Source: a virus (taxonomy: Duplodnaviria > Caudoviricetes). Taken from it: 64,000 nucleotides of DNA. A program made the position numbers and the translations under genes. Below, one piece after another: positions 1 through 9,400 of the stretch (position 1 is its first letter; every line of letters begins with the position of its first letter). The DNA is taken from the IMG/VR virus record IMGVR_UViG_3300020419_001132; one strand, written 5' to 3'. The notes under the pieces were generated by a model. It was not told the DNA's origin, did no database searches, and saw only the letters and a program-made list of their open reading frames with translations.

Positions 1-680
1 AAACTGTTAGTTACTGCGGCTGTATAATATGCAAATGGGTTAGCTGACTTAGATTCATCAAATTGTAATCCAATTTGTGCTAATTGTAATATAGCCTGGC
101 CTTTCATTTCGTCGTTATACGTGTAACCTCTAACATTACCTCTAGTAGCATATCTCTCGCATAGTTTAATCCACATCATAGCTAACTTATCTGTTGCTTT
201 TCCTAAACTTAATTGAAAAAAGCCGTTTTCCATACCGCCCTCCCAATGGCTTTTGCCAACACACACTAGATTGTCGTCTTCATCAAATCTATAGTGCTGA
301 AACGGTGGAAAGTTAAGTTTTACTTTTGTATCTGCTACAGTTTTAGGGTTCTTTTTTCTACCTGGTTCTTCAGGAACATGATCATATGTCATTATTCTAA
401 AAACCAAGTCAGTTTTCTGTATTTTTCTGTAATCTATTTCAAATTGAGCCTGTTTTACTTTTTTTCCTTCTGCTTTTGCCTGTTCAAATGCCTTCTGTCC
501 TAGCCGTTTGGCTTGGTTTCGCTTTGCTTCTGCTATTGTTCTAATATTAATCTTATCAACGCTAGGTAAGATAATATCGTATACTGCATACTCCTTTTCA
601 GTATAGCTACAAAATGTATTTTTTGATTTTGCTATTTCTGCAAGTATGTCTTTGTTGTTTAAGTAATTGATTTTTCTCAT
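1..680 (-). CDS. gp55: T4 gp55-like sigma factor for late transcription (3'-truncated by window edge)
   Basis: Hand translation from ATG at 680 (GGAG SD upstream) is open to base 1: MRKINYLNNKDILAEIAKSK...KLAMMWIKLCERYATRGNVRGYTYNDEMKGQAILQLAQIGLQFDESKSANPFAYYTAAVTNS. The YxNNK, YTYxDEM and FDxxKSxNPFAYxT motifs are gp55 hallmarks. Absent from the ORF track because there is no stop codon in the window. Confidence 0.85.
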   Translation of the reverse strand, partial: MRKINYLNNKDILAEIAKSKNTFCSYTEKEYAVYDIILPSVDKINIRTIAEAKRNQAKRLGQKAFEQAKAEGKKVKQAQFEIDYRKIQKTDLVFRIMTYDHVPEEPGRKKNPKTVADTKVKLNFPPFQHYRFDEDDNLVCVGKSHWEGGMENGFFQLSLGKATDKLAMMWIKLCERYATRGNVRGYTYNDEMKGQAILQLAQIGLQFDESKSANPFAYYTAAVTNS

Positions 681-703
681 CTTTTCTCCAATTTAATACT
701 CTT

Positions 704-732
704 ATTATAAACTACGTAGTTAAAAAAGTCAA
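704..732 (-). promoter_or_regulatory. sigma70-type promoter for the gp55-like gene
   Basis: Minus strand TTGACT (732-727), 17-bp spacer, TATAAT (709-704), 24 nt upstream of the ATG at 680. Confidence 0.7.
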
Positions 733-742
733 TAAATAAATA
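732..742 (+). promoter_or_regulatory. Tandem T4-late-like motif ATAAATA (732-738, 736-742) upstream of the baseplate operon
   Basis: ATAAATAAATACAGTAGGAG precedes the ATG at 763; resembles the T4 late promoter TATAAATA, and a gp55-like gene is adjacent. Confidence 0.65.
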
Positions 743-762
743 CAGTAGGAGACAAAAAAAAT

Positions 763-1605
763 ATGGACAGAATACAGCGAATAGCGGCATCACAGGCTCG
801 AAATAATTCTTCACCTAGTGAATCGTCACCCAATTGGACAGGCAAATTTACAGATGCTGTGAACCAAGTAGGGTCTAATGCCAAGTCACAGTTTATGGAT
901 AATTTATCAGAATCAAGTTTTGGTAAAGTTTTACGTGCTTTTAACTTATTGCCAGACGCAACACCAGAAGGTTTTAACTTCGGCGGCGCATCTTGGGCAC
1001 AAAATTCTGAAAAACCAGCAGACTGGCGTGTTAGATTGTCTATACCTCCAAGTTTTGCTAGTAGCAGTATATTGTCTCCACTTATTAGGACTAACGGATT
1101 AATATGGCCTTACACACCACAGATATATGTTACCCATAGTGCGGCATATACTCCAATTAAACCTATACATAGTAATTATCCATTTTTTGCATATCAAAAT
1201 TCACAAGTGGATTCATTCTCAATTACAGGCGACTTCTTTGTAGAAAATTCTTTAGAAGGACAATATTGGGTAGCGGCAGTACATTTTTTAAGAAGTGTTT
1301 CTAAGATGGCATATGGTAATACTCCAGATCAAGGAAACCCACCTCCAGTTTTAAGATTAAACGGATACGGTGATTATGTTTTTAAAAATGTTCCAGTTGT
1401 TGTAACACAATTTGCTGTTGAAATGAACCAAGACGTTGACTATATTTTTGTTGAAGGTTTAGGAGAAGGCGGAACATATGCTCCTACGAGAAGTAACATA
1501 CAGGTTACGGTACAACCTATTTACAGCAGGCGAGCTGTAGAATCATTTAGCCTACAAAATTTTGTAAACGGAGGCTATATAGGTAAAGGCGGAGGCTTTA
1601 TCTAA
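763..1605 (+). CDS. Baseplate/tail-tube initiator-like protein (gp48/gp54/CIS-tube-like)
   Basis: 280 aa; FPYTPQI-like and PPPVLRLNGYG..FKNVPVVVTQF segments typical of tube-initiator folds; first gene of the baseplate module, followed by a LysM protein. Confidence 0.6.
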   Translation: MDRIQRIAASQARNNSSPSESSPNWTGKFTDAVNQVGSNAKSQFMDNLSESSFGKVLRAFNLLPDATPEGFNFGGASWAQNSEKPADWRVRLSIPPSFASSSILSPLIRTNGLIWPYTPQIYVTHSAAYTPIKPIHSNYPFFAYQNSQVDSFSITGDFFVENSLEGQYWVAAVHFLRSVSKMAYGNTPDQGNPPPVLRLNGYGDYVFKNVPVVVTQFAVEMNQDVDYIFVEGLGEGGTYAPTRSNIQVTVQPIYSRRAVESFSLQNFVNGGYIGKGGGFI

Positions 1606-1907
1606 TGGCTAATTATAAAAAAAGCAGTCCGTGGTCAAGTACGACAACTGTAAACAACCAATATATGGATATTCTCACTATTAGACCAGTTCCTGCAGAA
1701 GGCGATGATATATTGTATGAGATTGAAGAGCAATATACACATAGACCAGATTTGTTAGCCTATGATTTATATAATGACAAGGATTTATGGTGGGTATTTG
1801 CACAAAGAAATATGGATGTAATAAAAGATCCTGTTTATGATATACAAGCAGGTACTAAGATATATTTGCCCAAAGGTGAACAATTAAGAAAACTGTTAGG
1901 AATGTAA
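1605..1907 (+). CDS. LysM-like baseplate wedge protein (gp53-like)
   Basis: 100 aa; YEIEEQYTHRPDLLAYDLYNDKDLWWVFAQRN...GTKIYLP matches the LysM/gp53 pattern; TAATG coupling to the upstream gene. Confidence 0.75.
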   Translation: MANYKKSSPWSSTTTVNNQYMDILTIRPVPAEGDDILYEIEEQYTHRPDLLAYDLYNDKDLWWVFAQRNMDVIKDPVYDIQAGTKIYLPKGEQLRKLLGM

Positions 1908-1908
1908 A

Positions 1909-4368
1909 ATGGTTGCAATCTCAGTAGATAGAATTGCAGATGCAGTAGTAGGTAGTGCTACTGAAAAAATTGGAGCTACAATAGTTCCAAAATTAGGTGT
2001 TAGACCCGAAGATGCAATAGGATTTGAATCATCTTTAGCAGACCTACAGGCAATTGCTAGTGTATTGTCAGGATCTGGCCCGCCATTTCCAAATGAGCTT
2101 AGAGACTTTGCTTCTTACAACTATATTTTTAGTTTTGGTTGCCTTAACAATTTCGAAATTAATTTTCCTGATGTAACTTATAGAAGAAGTGATCCTTCAA
2201 TTTTAATTTTAAAATCAGGCGGCGGCGCAGGATCTGGAGGAAGAACAGCCGCAGAAACTGGAGGAAAAACTGAATATTACATAGATGATGTTGAAATTAA
2301 CACTATTGTAGGAGCGAATCCTAGAACAGGACAATCAAACGCTGTACAGATCGACTTTAAAATTACAGAGCCTTATAGTATGGGTATGTTTTTACAAGCA
2401 CTTCAAGTAGCATCGATAAGATCAGGACATAAGAATTACTTAGAAGCACCTTGGGTACTAGCAGTAGAATTCAAAGGTTGGGATCAAAACGGTAATTCTA
2501 TTAGAAAACCAGGAACTAGAAGAATTTTTCCGTTAAAGTTAGTTAACATAGGATTTGAAGTAAATGAAGGAGGTAGTGTTTATAACGTAAAAGCAATACC
2601 TTGGCACGAGTCAGCAATGAACAATGATGTACAGGGACTTAAAACGGATGTTCAGATTAGCGGAAGAACTTTACAGGAAATTTTGCAAACAGGCGGAGCA
2701 AGTTTAACACAACATATTAACAGACGTTTGCAAGAAATGAAAAAATCAAAAGAAGTTATTACACCGGACGAATTTGTAATACTTTTTCCAAAAAATAGAA
2801 GTTCTGCTACAGAAAATTTAGCAGGGTCTAGCGATCAGGTAGATTCTGCCACAGTGAATCCTTCTGATAAAACTGACCAACGTGAAATCTCAGCAGAAGA
2901 TAAAAGAAAGATATTTGAATCAGTTGGCGGAGAATCTGACGCAGATTTGCCTGAAGATTTTGACGCACAGTTAAGTAAACTTTTAGGTATTGTTGTAAAG
3001 CGTAGTAAAATAGGAGAAGCAATTAGAGAGTTTGCAGAAAAAGAAGAAAATACAAACGATATAGGAAAAGCAGAAATAGTACAGTCTTTCTTAGAAGGCG
3101 GAAAACAACCATTTGGTAAACCTTCCTTTTCTGAAGTTAAAGATAAACCAGGACTTATTGAAAGAGGTAAAATTCAAATTAACAATAAAACAAGATCTTT
3201 TACATTTAAGTCTGGCACTACTATTCAAGAAATGGTAGAAGAACTAGTGATTTTAAGTGATTACGGAAAGAAAATCATGGAAGAATCGGAAAAAACAAAA
3301 GACGGAATGATACCTTGGTTTAAGGTAGAGGCAGATGTCTATAATATTACAGATATGAAACACCAAGATTTGACAGGAACCTCACCAAAAGTTTATGTAT
3401 ATAGAGTTGTTCCTTACAAAGCACATATAAGTAGATTTCAACCACCAACTGCGGCTAGTCCTGGTATTGATTACTTAAACAAACAATGTTGTAAAGAGTA
3501 TGATTACATTTATACAGGTAAAAATGATGATATTTTAGATTTTGATATTAACTTTGATGTTGCGTTTTTTACGTCTATTACACCGTTTGGTGGTAAAAAC
3601 AAATATGGTTCAAAAAATGCTGATCAAAATACAGCAGTAAAACAGGAAGACAAACCGGAAAAAACTAAGCAAGAAGGAACTACAGATAATCTATCAAGTT
3701 CAGGTAACACAACTAGTAAAGAAGGAACAGAAGCTAACCAAAGCACAGGTAAAAAAGGTGGCGGAGGCGACTTAATGAGTCCAGAAGTACAAGTAGCAAG
3801 AGACTTTAATGAAGCATTAGTAAACAGTCCTGTAGATTTAATAACAGCTAGAATGACAATATGGGGAGATCCGTACTACATAGCAGATAGCGGTATGGGA
3901 AATTATAATGCGCCTGAAACACCTTTAATAAATTTAACTAAAGACGGAACAATGGATTATCAAAGTAGCGAAGTGGATTTACGGCTCAATTTTAGAACTC
4001 CATTGGATTATAGTTTAGATGGTACTATGGATTTTCCAAGTGTAGGCTTTCAACCAGTAGGAGCATTCAGTGGAGTATACCAAATTATATTTGTCCTCAA
4101 TAGATTTTCAGAAGGTGTGTTTACACAGGATTTAAAACTAATTAGACGTAAAAATCAGCCTGGCGGCGATACTAACGCTAAACCCACAACAGGAGGCAAT
4201 ATTGCTGTTAAAGATAATCCTGATAAAAAGAAAAAAGGAACGTCATCCGGCCCAACGGGTCAGTCACCTGGTGCAATGGGTGGTCCAGTAGCAAAAAACA
4301 AAGGACAGGGCGAAGGAGCAAACACAGCAGGACCAGTGTTTGATTACGATAACGCAGGTGCATTTTAA
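1909..4368 (+). CDS. Putative baseplate hub (gp27/gpD-like) protein
   Basis: 819 aa lying between LysM and spike genes; C-terminal IWGDPYY...LNFRTP...FSGVYQIIFV..RFSEGVFTQDL pattern of hub proteins. Confidence 0.55.
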   Translation: MVAISVDRIADAVVGSATEKIGATIVPKLGVRPEDAIGFESSLADLQAIASVLSGSGPPFPNELRDFASYNYIFSFGCLNNFEINFPDVTYRRSDPSILILKSGGGAGSGGRTAAETGGKTEYYIDDVEINTIVGANPRTGQSNAVQIDFKITEPYSMGMFLQALQVASIRSGHKNYLEAPWVLAVEFKGWDQNGNSIRKPGTRRIFPLKLVNIGFEVNEGGSVYNVKAIPWHESAMNNDVQGLKTDVQISGRTLQEILQTGGASLTQHINRRLQEMKKSKEVITPDEFVILFPKNRSSATENLAGSSDQVDSATVNPSDKTDQREISAEDKRKIFESVGGESDADLPEDFDAQLSKLLGIVVKRSKIGEAIREFAEKEENTNDIGKAEIVQSFLEGGKQPFGKPSFSEVKDKPGLIERGKIQINNKTRSFTFKSGTTIQEMVEELVILSDYGKKIMEESEKTKDGMIPWFKVEADVYNITDMKHQDLTGTSPKVYVYRVVPYKAHISRFQPPTAASPGIDYLNKQCCKEYDYIYTGKNDDILDFDINFDVAFFTSITPFGGKNKYGSKNADQNTAVKQEDKPEKTKQEGTTDNLSSSGNTTSKEGTEANQSTGKKGGGGDLMSPEVQVARDFNEALVNSPVDLITARMTIWGDPYYIADSGMGNYNAPETPLINLTKDGTMDYQSSEVDLRLNFRTPLDYSLDGTMDFPSVGFQPVGAFSGVYQIIFVLNRFSEGVFTQDLKLIRRKNQPGGDTNAKPTTGGNIAVKDNPDKKKKGTSSGPTGQSPGAMGGPVAKNKGQGEGANTAGPVFDYDNAGAF

Positions 4369-5966
4369 TGAGTAGAGCAGAACCAAACAGATCCACTAGG
4401 GGACTAAAACCTGCCTGGATGGAAGGACCTGGACCTTATATAGGAAGAATTACTAATCACTTAGATCCTACCAATATGGGAAGTCTTGAAGTTGAGATTT
4501 TAAAAACAACCGGATCGGGAAACGAAGCATCAGAAACTAGCAGTGGATATACAATACCCTGTGAATATGTAAGTCCTTTTTACGGTGTAACTCCTTATGA
4601 AGGAACTTCTGATAATAAAGGATTTGATTTTACACAACAAAGTTACGGTATGTGGGCTATTCCTCCTGATATAGGAGTTAAGGTAATAGTATTCTTTGCA
4701 CAAGGAAATTACGGCTTAGGATATTGGATGGGTTGTATTCAAGATAAAAACATGAATTTTATGTTGCCTGGTAATCCAAGCACAACATATAATAGTGAAA
4801 ACAAAAGCAAACCAAGACCAGTTGGAGAATATAATAAAAAAACAGAAACAGGTGCAGGAAAAGATGCAACACAATATGTAAAACCTTGTTGGGCAGATCA
4901 ATGTGCAGTCTTAGATAATCAAGGACTTGCAGATGATCATACTAGAGGTACAAATACTTCAAGTGCAAGACGCGAAGCACCTAGTATGGTTTTTGGAATT
5001 AGCACACCTGGTGCGTATGACCGTAGATCAGGAAAACCTAAAGTAAAATACGGCGAAAAATTTTCAGAGTCACAAGTTCCATTTAACAGACTGGGCGGCT
5101 CTAGTATTGTAATGGACGACGGAGATATGTCTTTACTAAGAAAAACTTTTGCAAGTCAGGGCGGAAGTGAATATGTAAATGTTGAAGCAGGTGAAAGTGG
5201 CGGAATGGCTACTGCTCCGCACAACGAATTTTTAAAATTAAAAACACGGACAGGACACCAAATACTTTTACACAATTCCGAGGATTTAATTTATATTTCT
5301 CATGGTAGCGGAAACAGTTGGATAGAGCTTACTGCTAACGGAAAAATTGATATTTACGCAAAAGATAGTGTTAGTATAAGATCTGAAAATGATTTAAATT
5401 TTAAAGCAGATAGAGATATAAATTTACAAGCTGGAAGAACTATTAATTTAAATGCAGTTGAAAACATCAATGAAACAGCTACAAAGAATATTGAAATAAA
5501 AGCAGGAGTAGATGGAAAAATAACCACAGCAGGAAATATAGAAATAAAATCTGGAGCAGATGGAAAAATAACAACTTCAGGTAAATTAGATATTGACACT
5601 CCTAAGACGCATGTGAATAATTTAGATGTAACAGGAAAAGCACTTGTTTCAGAGATGGTTAATACACCTATGGTACAAGCAGGCAATGTAAATGGTACTG
5701 CCGCAGGTGCATTTTGGCCAAATCCAGGTGCTTACCAACAATTAGGAGGATATGGTGCAAGTGCGCCAACTGCTCCGACTTCTGCTACTTCTGCTGTTGA
5801 TGCTAAGGTGCCACAAAGGATACCAAGTCATGAACCATGGGACGGACATGAAAATGTAGATCCTACTTTGCATACGCCTGATAAAACTGATAGTAGCACA
5901 GTAACTACACCAGGTAAAGGTACATCAGGAAAAGTAAGAGATACATTCAAGAAAACAATAGGTTAA
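4368..5966 (+). CDS. gp5: Baseplate central spike (gp5/VgrG-like; OB-fold plus beta-helix, no lysozyme domain seen)
   Basis: 532 aa; N-terminal GPYIGRI..DP...GSLEV, YGMWAIPPDIGVKVIVFF OB-fold; TRTGHQILL..NSWIEL..GKIDI; short beta-helix repeats (NIEIKAGVDGKITTAG/NIEIKSGADGKITTSG); RIPSHEPW near the C-terminus. Confidence 0.75.
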   Translation: MSRAEPNRSTRGLKPAWMEGPGPYIGRITNHLDPTNMGSLEVEILKTTGSGNEASETSSGYTIPCEYVSPFYGVTPYEGTSDNKGFDFTQQSYGMWAIPPDIGVKVIVFFAQGNYGLGYWMGCIQDKNMNFMLPGNPSTTYNSENKSKPRPVGEYNKKTETGAGKDATQYVKPCWADQCAVLDNQGLADDHTRGTNTSSARREAPSMVFGISTPGAYDRRSGKPKVKYGEKFSESQVPFNRLGGSSIVMDDGDMSLLRKTFASQGGSEYVNVEAGESGGMATAPHNEFLKLKTRTGHQILLHNSEDLIYISHGSGNSWIELTANGKIDIYAKDSVSIRSENDLNFKADRDINLQAGRTINLNAVENINETATKNIEIKAGVDGKITTAGNIEIKSGADGKITTSGKLDIDTPKTHVNNLDVTGKALVSEMVNTPMVQAGNVNGTAAGAFWPNPGAYQQLGGYGASAPTAPTSATSAVDAKVPQRIPSHEPWDGHENVDPTLHTPDKTDSSTVTTPGKGTSGKVRDTFKKTIG

Positions 5967-5969
5967 ATA
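5963..5969 (+). promoter_or_regulatory. Late-promoter-like motif TTAAATA
   Basis: TTAAATACAGTATG directly before the ATG at 5974; shares the CAGTA tail seen after the motifs at 736 and 25825. Confidence 0.4.
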
Positions 5970-5973
5970 CAGT

Positions 5974-6426
5974 ATGAGTACAATTGAAAAAAAGCTATTT
6001 AAAGAAATTGAGGTTAAAGGGTCTCAACCCATTAATCCTTATGAGGCAGGCACCAAATATTATAGGGGAATAAGCACAGTAAATCCTGAAAATCCTAATC
6101 CTGTACTTTACGATCTAGCTTTAATAAAACAAGATATTATTAATCATTTTCATATTAGGCAAGGAGAAAAATTATCAGATCCTTCATTTGGAACTATTAT
6201 TTGGGATGCCTTATTTGAACCGCTTACAGATGGTATGAAAGATGCTATTACGCAAAATGTAACGAGAGTTGTAAGTGCAGACCCGAGGGTAAGAATTAAG
6301 TCAGTTATTGTAGATCAATTTGAGAGTGGTCTACAAGTTGAAATAAACTTAGAGTATTTGCCATATAATATAGAAGAAACTATGCGTTTAACATTTGACC
6401 AAAATGCTGGATACTTAGCTTCTTAA
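5974..6426 (+). CDS. gp25: Baseplate wedge subunit gp25-like
   Basis: 150 aa; IKQDIINHFHIRQGEKLSDPSFGTIIWDALFEP...DPRV fits the GPW/gp25 family. Confidence 0.85.
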   Translation: MSTIEKKLFKEIEVKGSQPINPYEAGTKYYRGISTVNPENPNPVLYDLALIKQDIINHFHIRQGEKLSDPSFGTIIWDALFEPLTDGMKDAITQNVTRVVSADPRVRIKSVIVDQFESGLQVEINLEYLPYNIEETMRLTFDQNAGYLAS

Positions 6427-6451
6427 ATATATGCGTACTTAACTTCCTTCG

Positions 6452-6458
6452 ATAAATA
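6452..6458 (+). promoter_or_regulatory. Late-promoter-like motif ATAAATA
   Basis: Intergenic, 18 nt before the ATG at 6477, with an AAGGA SD between. Confidence 0.6.
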
Positions 6459-6476
6459 TTAAAAAGGATACAAAGT

Positions 6477-9400
6477 ATGTCATCTACAGATAGACAAAAT
6501 AGATTGCTTGTTGCAGAAGATTGGAAACGTGTATACCAATCTTATCGTAATGCAGACTTCAAAAGCTATGATTTCGACAATTTACGTCGAACAATGATTA
6601 ATTATCTTAGGCAGAATTATCCTGAAGATTTTAACGATTATATTGAAAGTTCGGAATACCTAGCATTAATTGATTTAATTGCATTTTTAGGACAAAATAT
6701 AGCATTTAGAATGGACCTAAATGCTAGAGAAAATTATCTAGAACTAGCAGAACGCAGAGAAAGCGTATTACGTTTGGCTAGATTGTTAAGTTATAATCCA
6801 AAAAGAAATGTTCCTGCAAATGGCTTACTAAAAATTAGTAGTGTAAGCACAACCGAGGCTTTTGTAGATTCAAATAATATTAATTTACAAGATCAAACAA
6901 TTATATGGAATGACCCTTCTAATCCAAACTGGTATGAACAGTTTATAAAAGTCCTTAACAGATCAATGCCAGTAAATGCTACAGTAGGAAGACCTATCAA
7001 AAAAGAAACTATAGACGGTGTCCCTACAGAGATGTATAGAATTACTTCAAACAACGTAGATGTTCCTGCTTTTAGTTTTAATAAAACAATAGACGGAGCA
7101 ACTGCTCAATTTGAAATTGTATCAACAGATATTTCAAGTTCAGAAATATTTGAAGAAACACCACTTCCAGGAAATAGATTTGCTATAGCTTACAGAGAAG
7201 ATGGTAGAGGATCAGGAAGTGCTAATACAGGATTTTTTAGTCACTTTAGACAGGGAACTTTAGACAACGGTACATTTAGTGTTGTGAATCCTAGCACTAA
7301 TCAAACAGTATCTATTGATGCAACAAATATTAACAATAAAGATGTTTGGTTATACAAGTTAAACTCTGACGGAGCAGAAGATGAGCTATGGTCTAAAGTA
7401 GATGCTGTTGAAGGAAACAATGTAATCTATAATAGTTTATCTAAAAAAATTAGAAATATTTACAGCGTATTAACACGAGTAGATGATAGAATAAGTTTAA
7501 TTTTTTCAGATGGCGTATTTGGTAATTTACCGCAAGGAGATTTTAGAGCATATTTTAGAACTAGTAGAAATGCAAATATCGTTATTACTCCTCCTGACAT
7601 GAGAGGAGTTTCTATAGATATTAATTATGTTAGTAGAGTAGGAAAAATAGAAACTTTAACATTGGTTTACGAATTAAAATATACTGTAGACAATGCTAGT
7701 TCAACAGAATCTAGTGCAAATATAAAACAAAGAGCTCCTGCAACTTACTATACACAAAACAGATTAATTACAGCTGAAGACTACCAAATAGGACCGTTGT
7801 CAGTAAGTCAAGAAATTATTAAAACAAAAAGTGTTAATAGAACAACAAGCGGAATTTCAAGGTATTTTGATTTACTTGATGCTACTGGAAAATATAGTAA
7901 AACAAATTTATTTGGTGTAGACGGAATACTATATAAAGAAATATTAGATACTAAGGAAAAATTTACTTTTTCAACACAAACCGACATAGAGGGTGTTATT
8001 ATAAACACCATTCAACCTATCCTCGGCGGCAAAAAAATTAGAAACTATTATTCAAGTGAATTTCCAAAGATTGACACAGAAGACTTAAACATAAAATGGA
8101 ACCAAGTAACAAAAGATACAAATCTTACGACAGGGTATTTTACTAATATTAATGTTATAAAACAAACATTAGGAACATTTACTACTTCTCTTCTAAAACT
8201 TGTTAAAATAGGAGCAAGTATAAAATTCCAAGCACCGACAGGAAAACATTTTACTCCAGAAGGTACATTAAAAGATGGAGATGCAGATTACATAGGAGCA
8301 GTTACATACAAATGGGTAAAAATTGTTAATGTAAATGGTAATGGAACAGTAGACAATACAGACGGGTCAGGACCAGTATTAATAAACGATGTTATACCAA
8401 CAGATTCGTTAATGGTGGAGATAAAACCTAGCGTAACAAGTATATTACAAGACGATGTAAAAACACAAATTGTAGATCAAATTTTTGCTTATAAAACATT
8501 TGGCTTAAGATTTGATAGAGATTTAGGACAATGGCGTTTAGTCACAGAAAGTAACTTAAATGTTACTTCTGCATTTAGTATTGGTAAAACTGGAGATGTT
8601 ACAGGACAAAAACTAGATTCAAGCTGGTTGTTAAAATTTACAACTGACGGAGAAACTTACGATATAGATTATAGAGGATCAAGATATATATTCGAATCAG
8701 ACAAAGAAATAAGATTTTATTTTGATAGTAGCGATAAAATATACAATAACTTAACAGGAAAAATTGTTAAAGATAAAATTGTTATACTTAATAACAATAA
8801 TAAACCCGACAGCATTAGTAATTTTACTATAGATCATAATTGGGAAATTACAGAAGAGTATAGAGACTCAGTTGGGTATGTTAACAGTAAAAAAGTACAA
8901 ATAACATTTTTTGATAACGACGATGACGGCGTTGTAGATGATCCTCAAATTTTTGAAGAAGTAATTGCACCTTTGACTAATCCTACTAAAAAGTATATCT
9001 TTTTGAAAAAGTTTACTACTCCAGACGGTGTTACAGATTTCAATTATACAAGTAATTCTACACTTAGTATAGTCGTTTTACAAAACAAAACAGTACAAGG
9101 TGCATTAAGTTCTTATACTGACGGACAAATTTTTTATTATATTGATGAAGATATATTCGAAGTCTACAATAAAACTTCTGGATTGCTTTCTATTACAACT
9201 GATTACAAGGCGTATATAGGAAGAGATAATTTAAAGTTTCATTATGTGCATGCCGCAGATGATTCAACACGTATTGATCCTAGTTCAAGTAACTTTATCG
9301 ACACCTATGTACTTACTAGATCCTATGACACTAGCTTTAGACAATACTTAGATGGAACAGTCGTAGCAAAACCACTACCTCCGTCAAGTGATCAGTTGTT

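Noticed and set aside
294-503. 69-aa plus-strand ORF in the track
   Set aside because: Antisense shadow of the gp55-like gene; Phe/Tyr-rich composition typical of the reverse complement of A-rich coding DNA.
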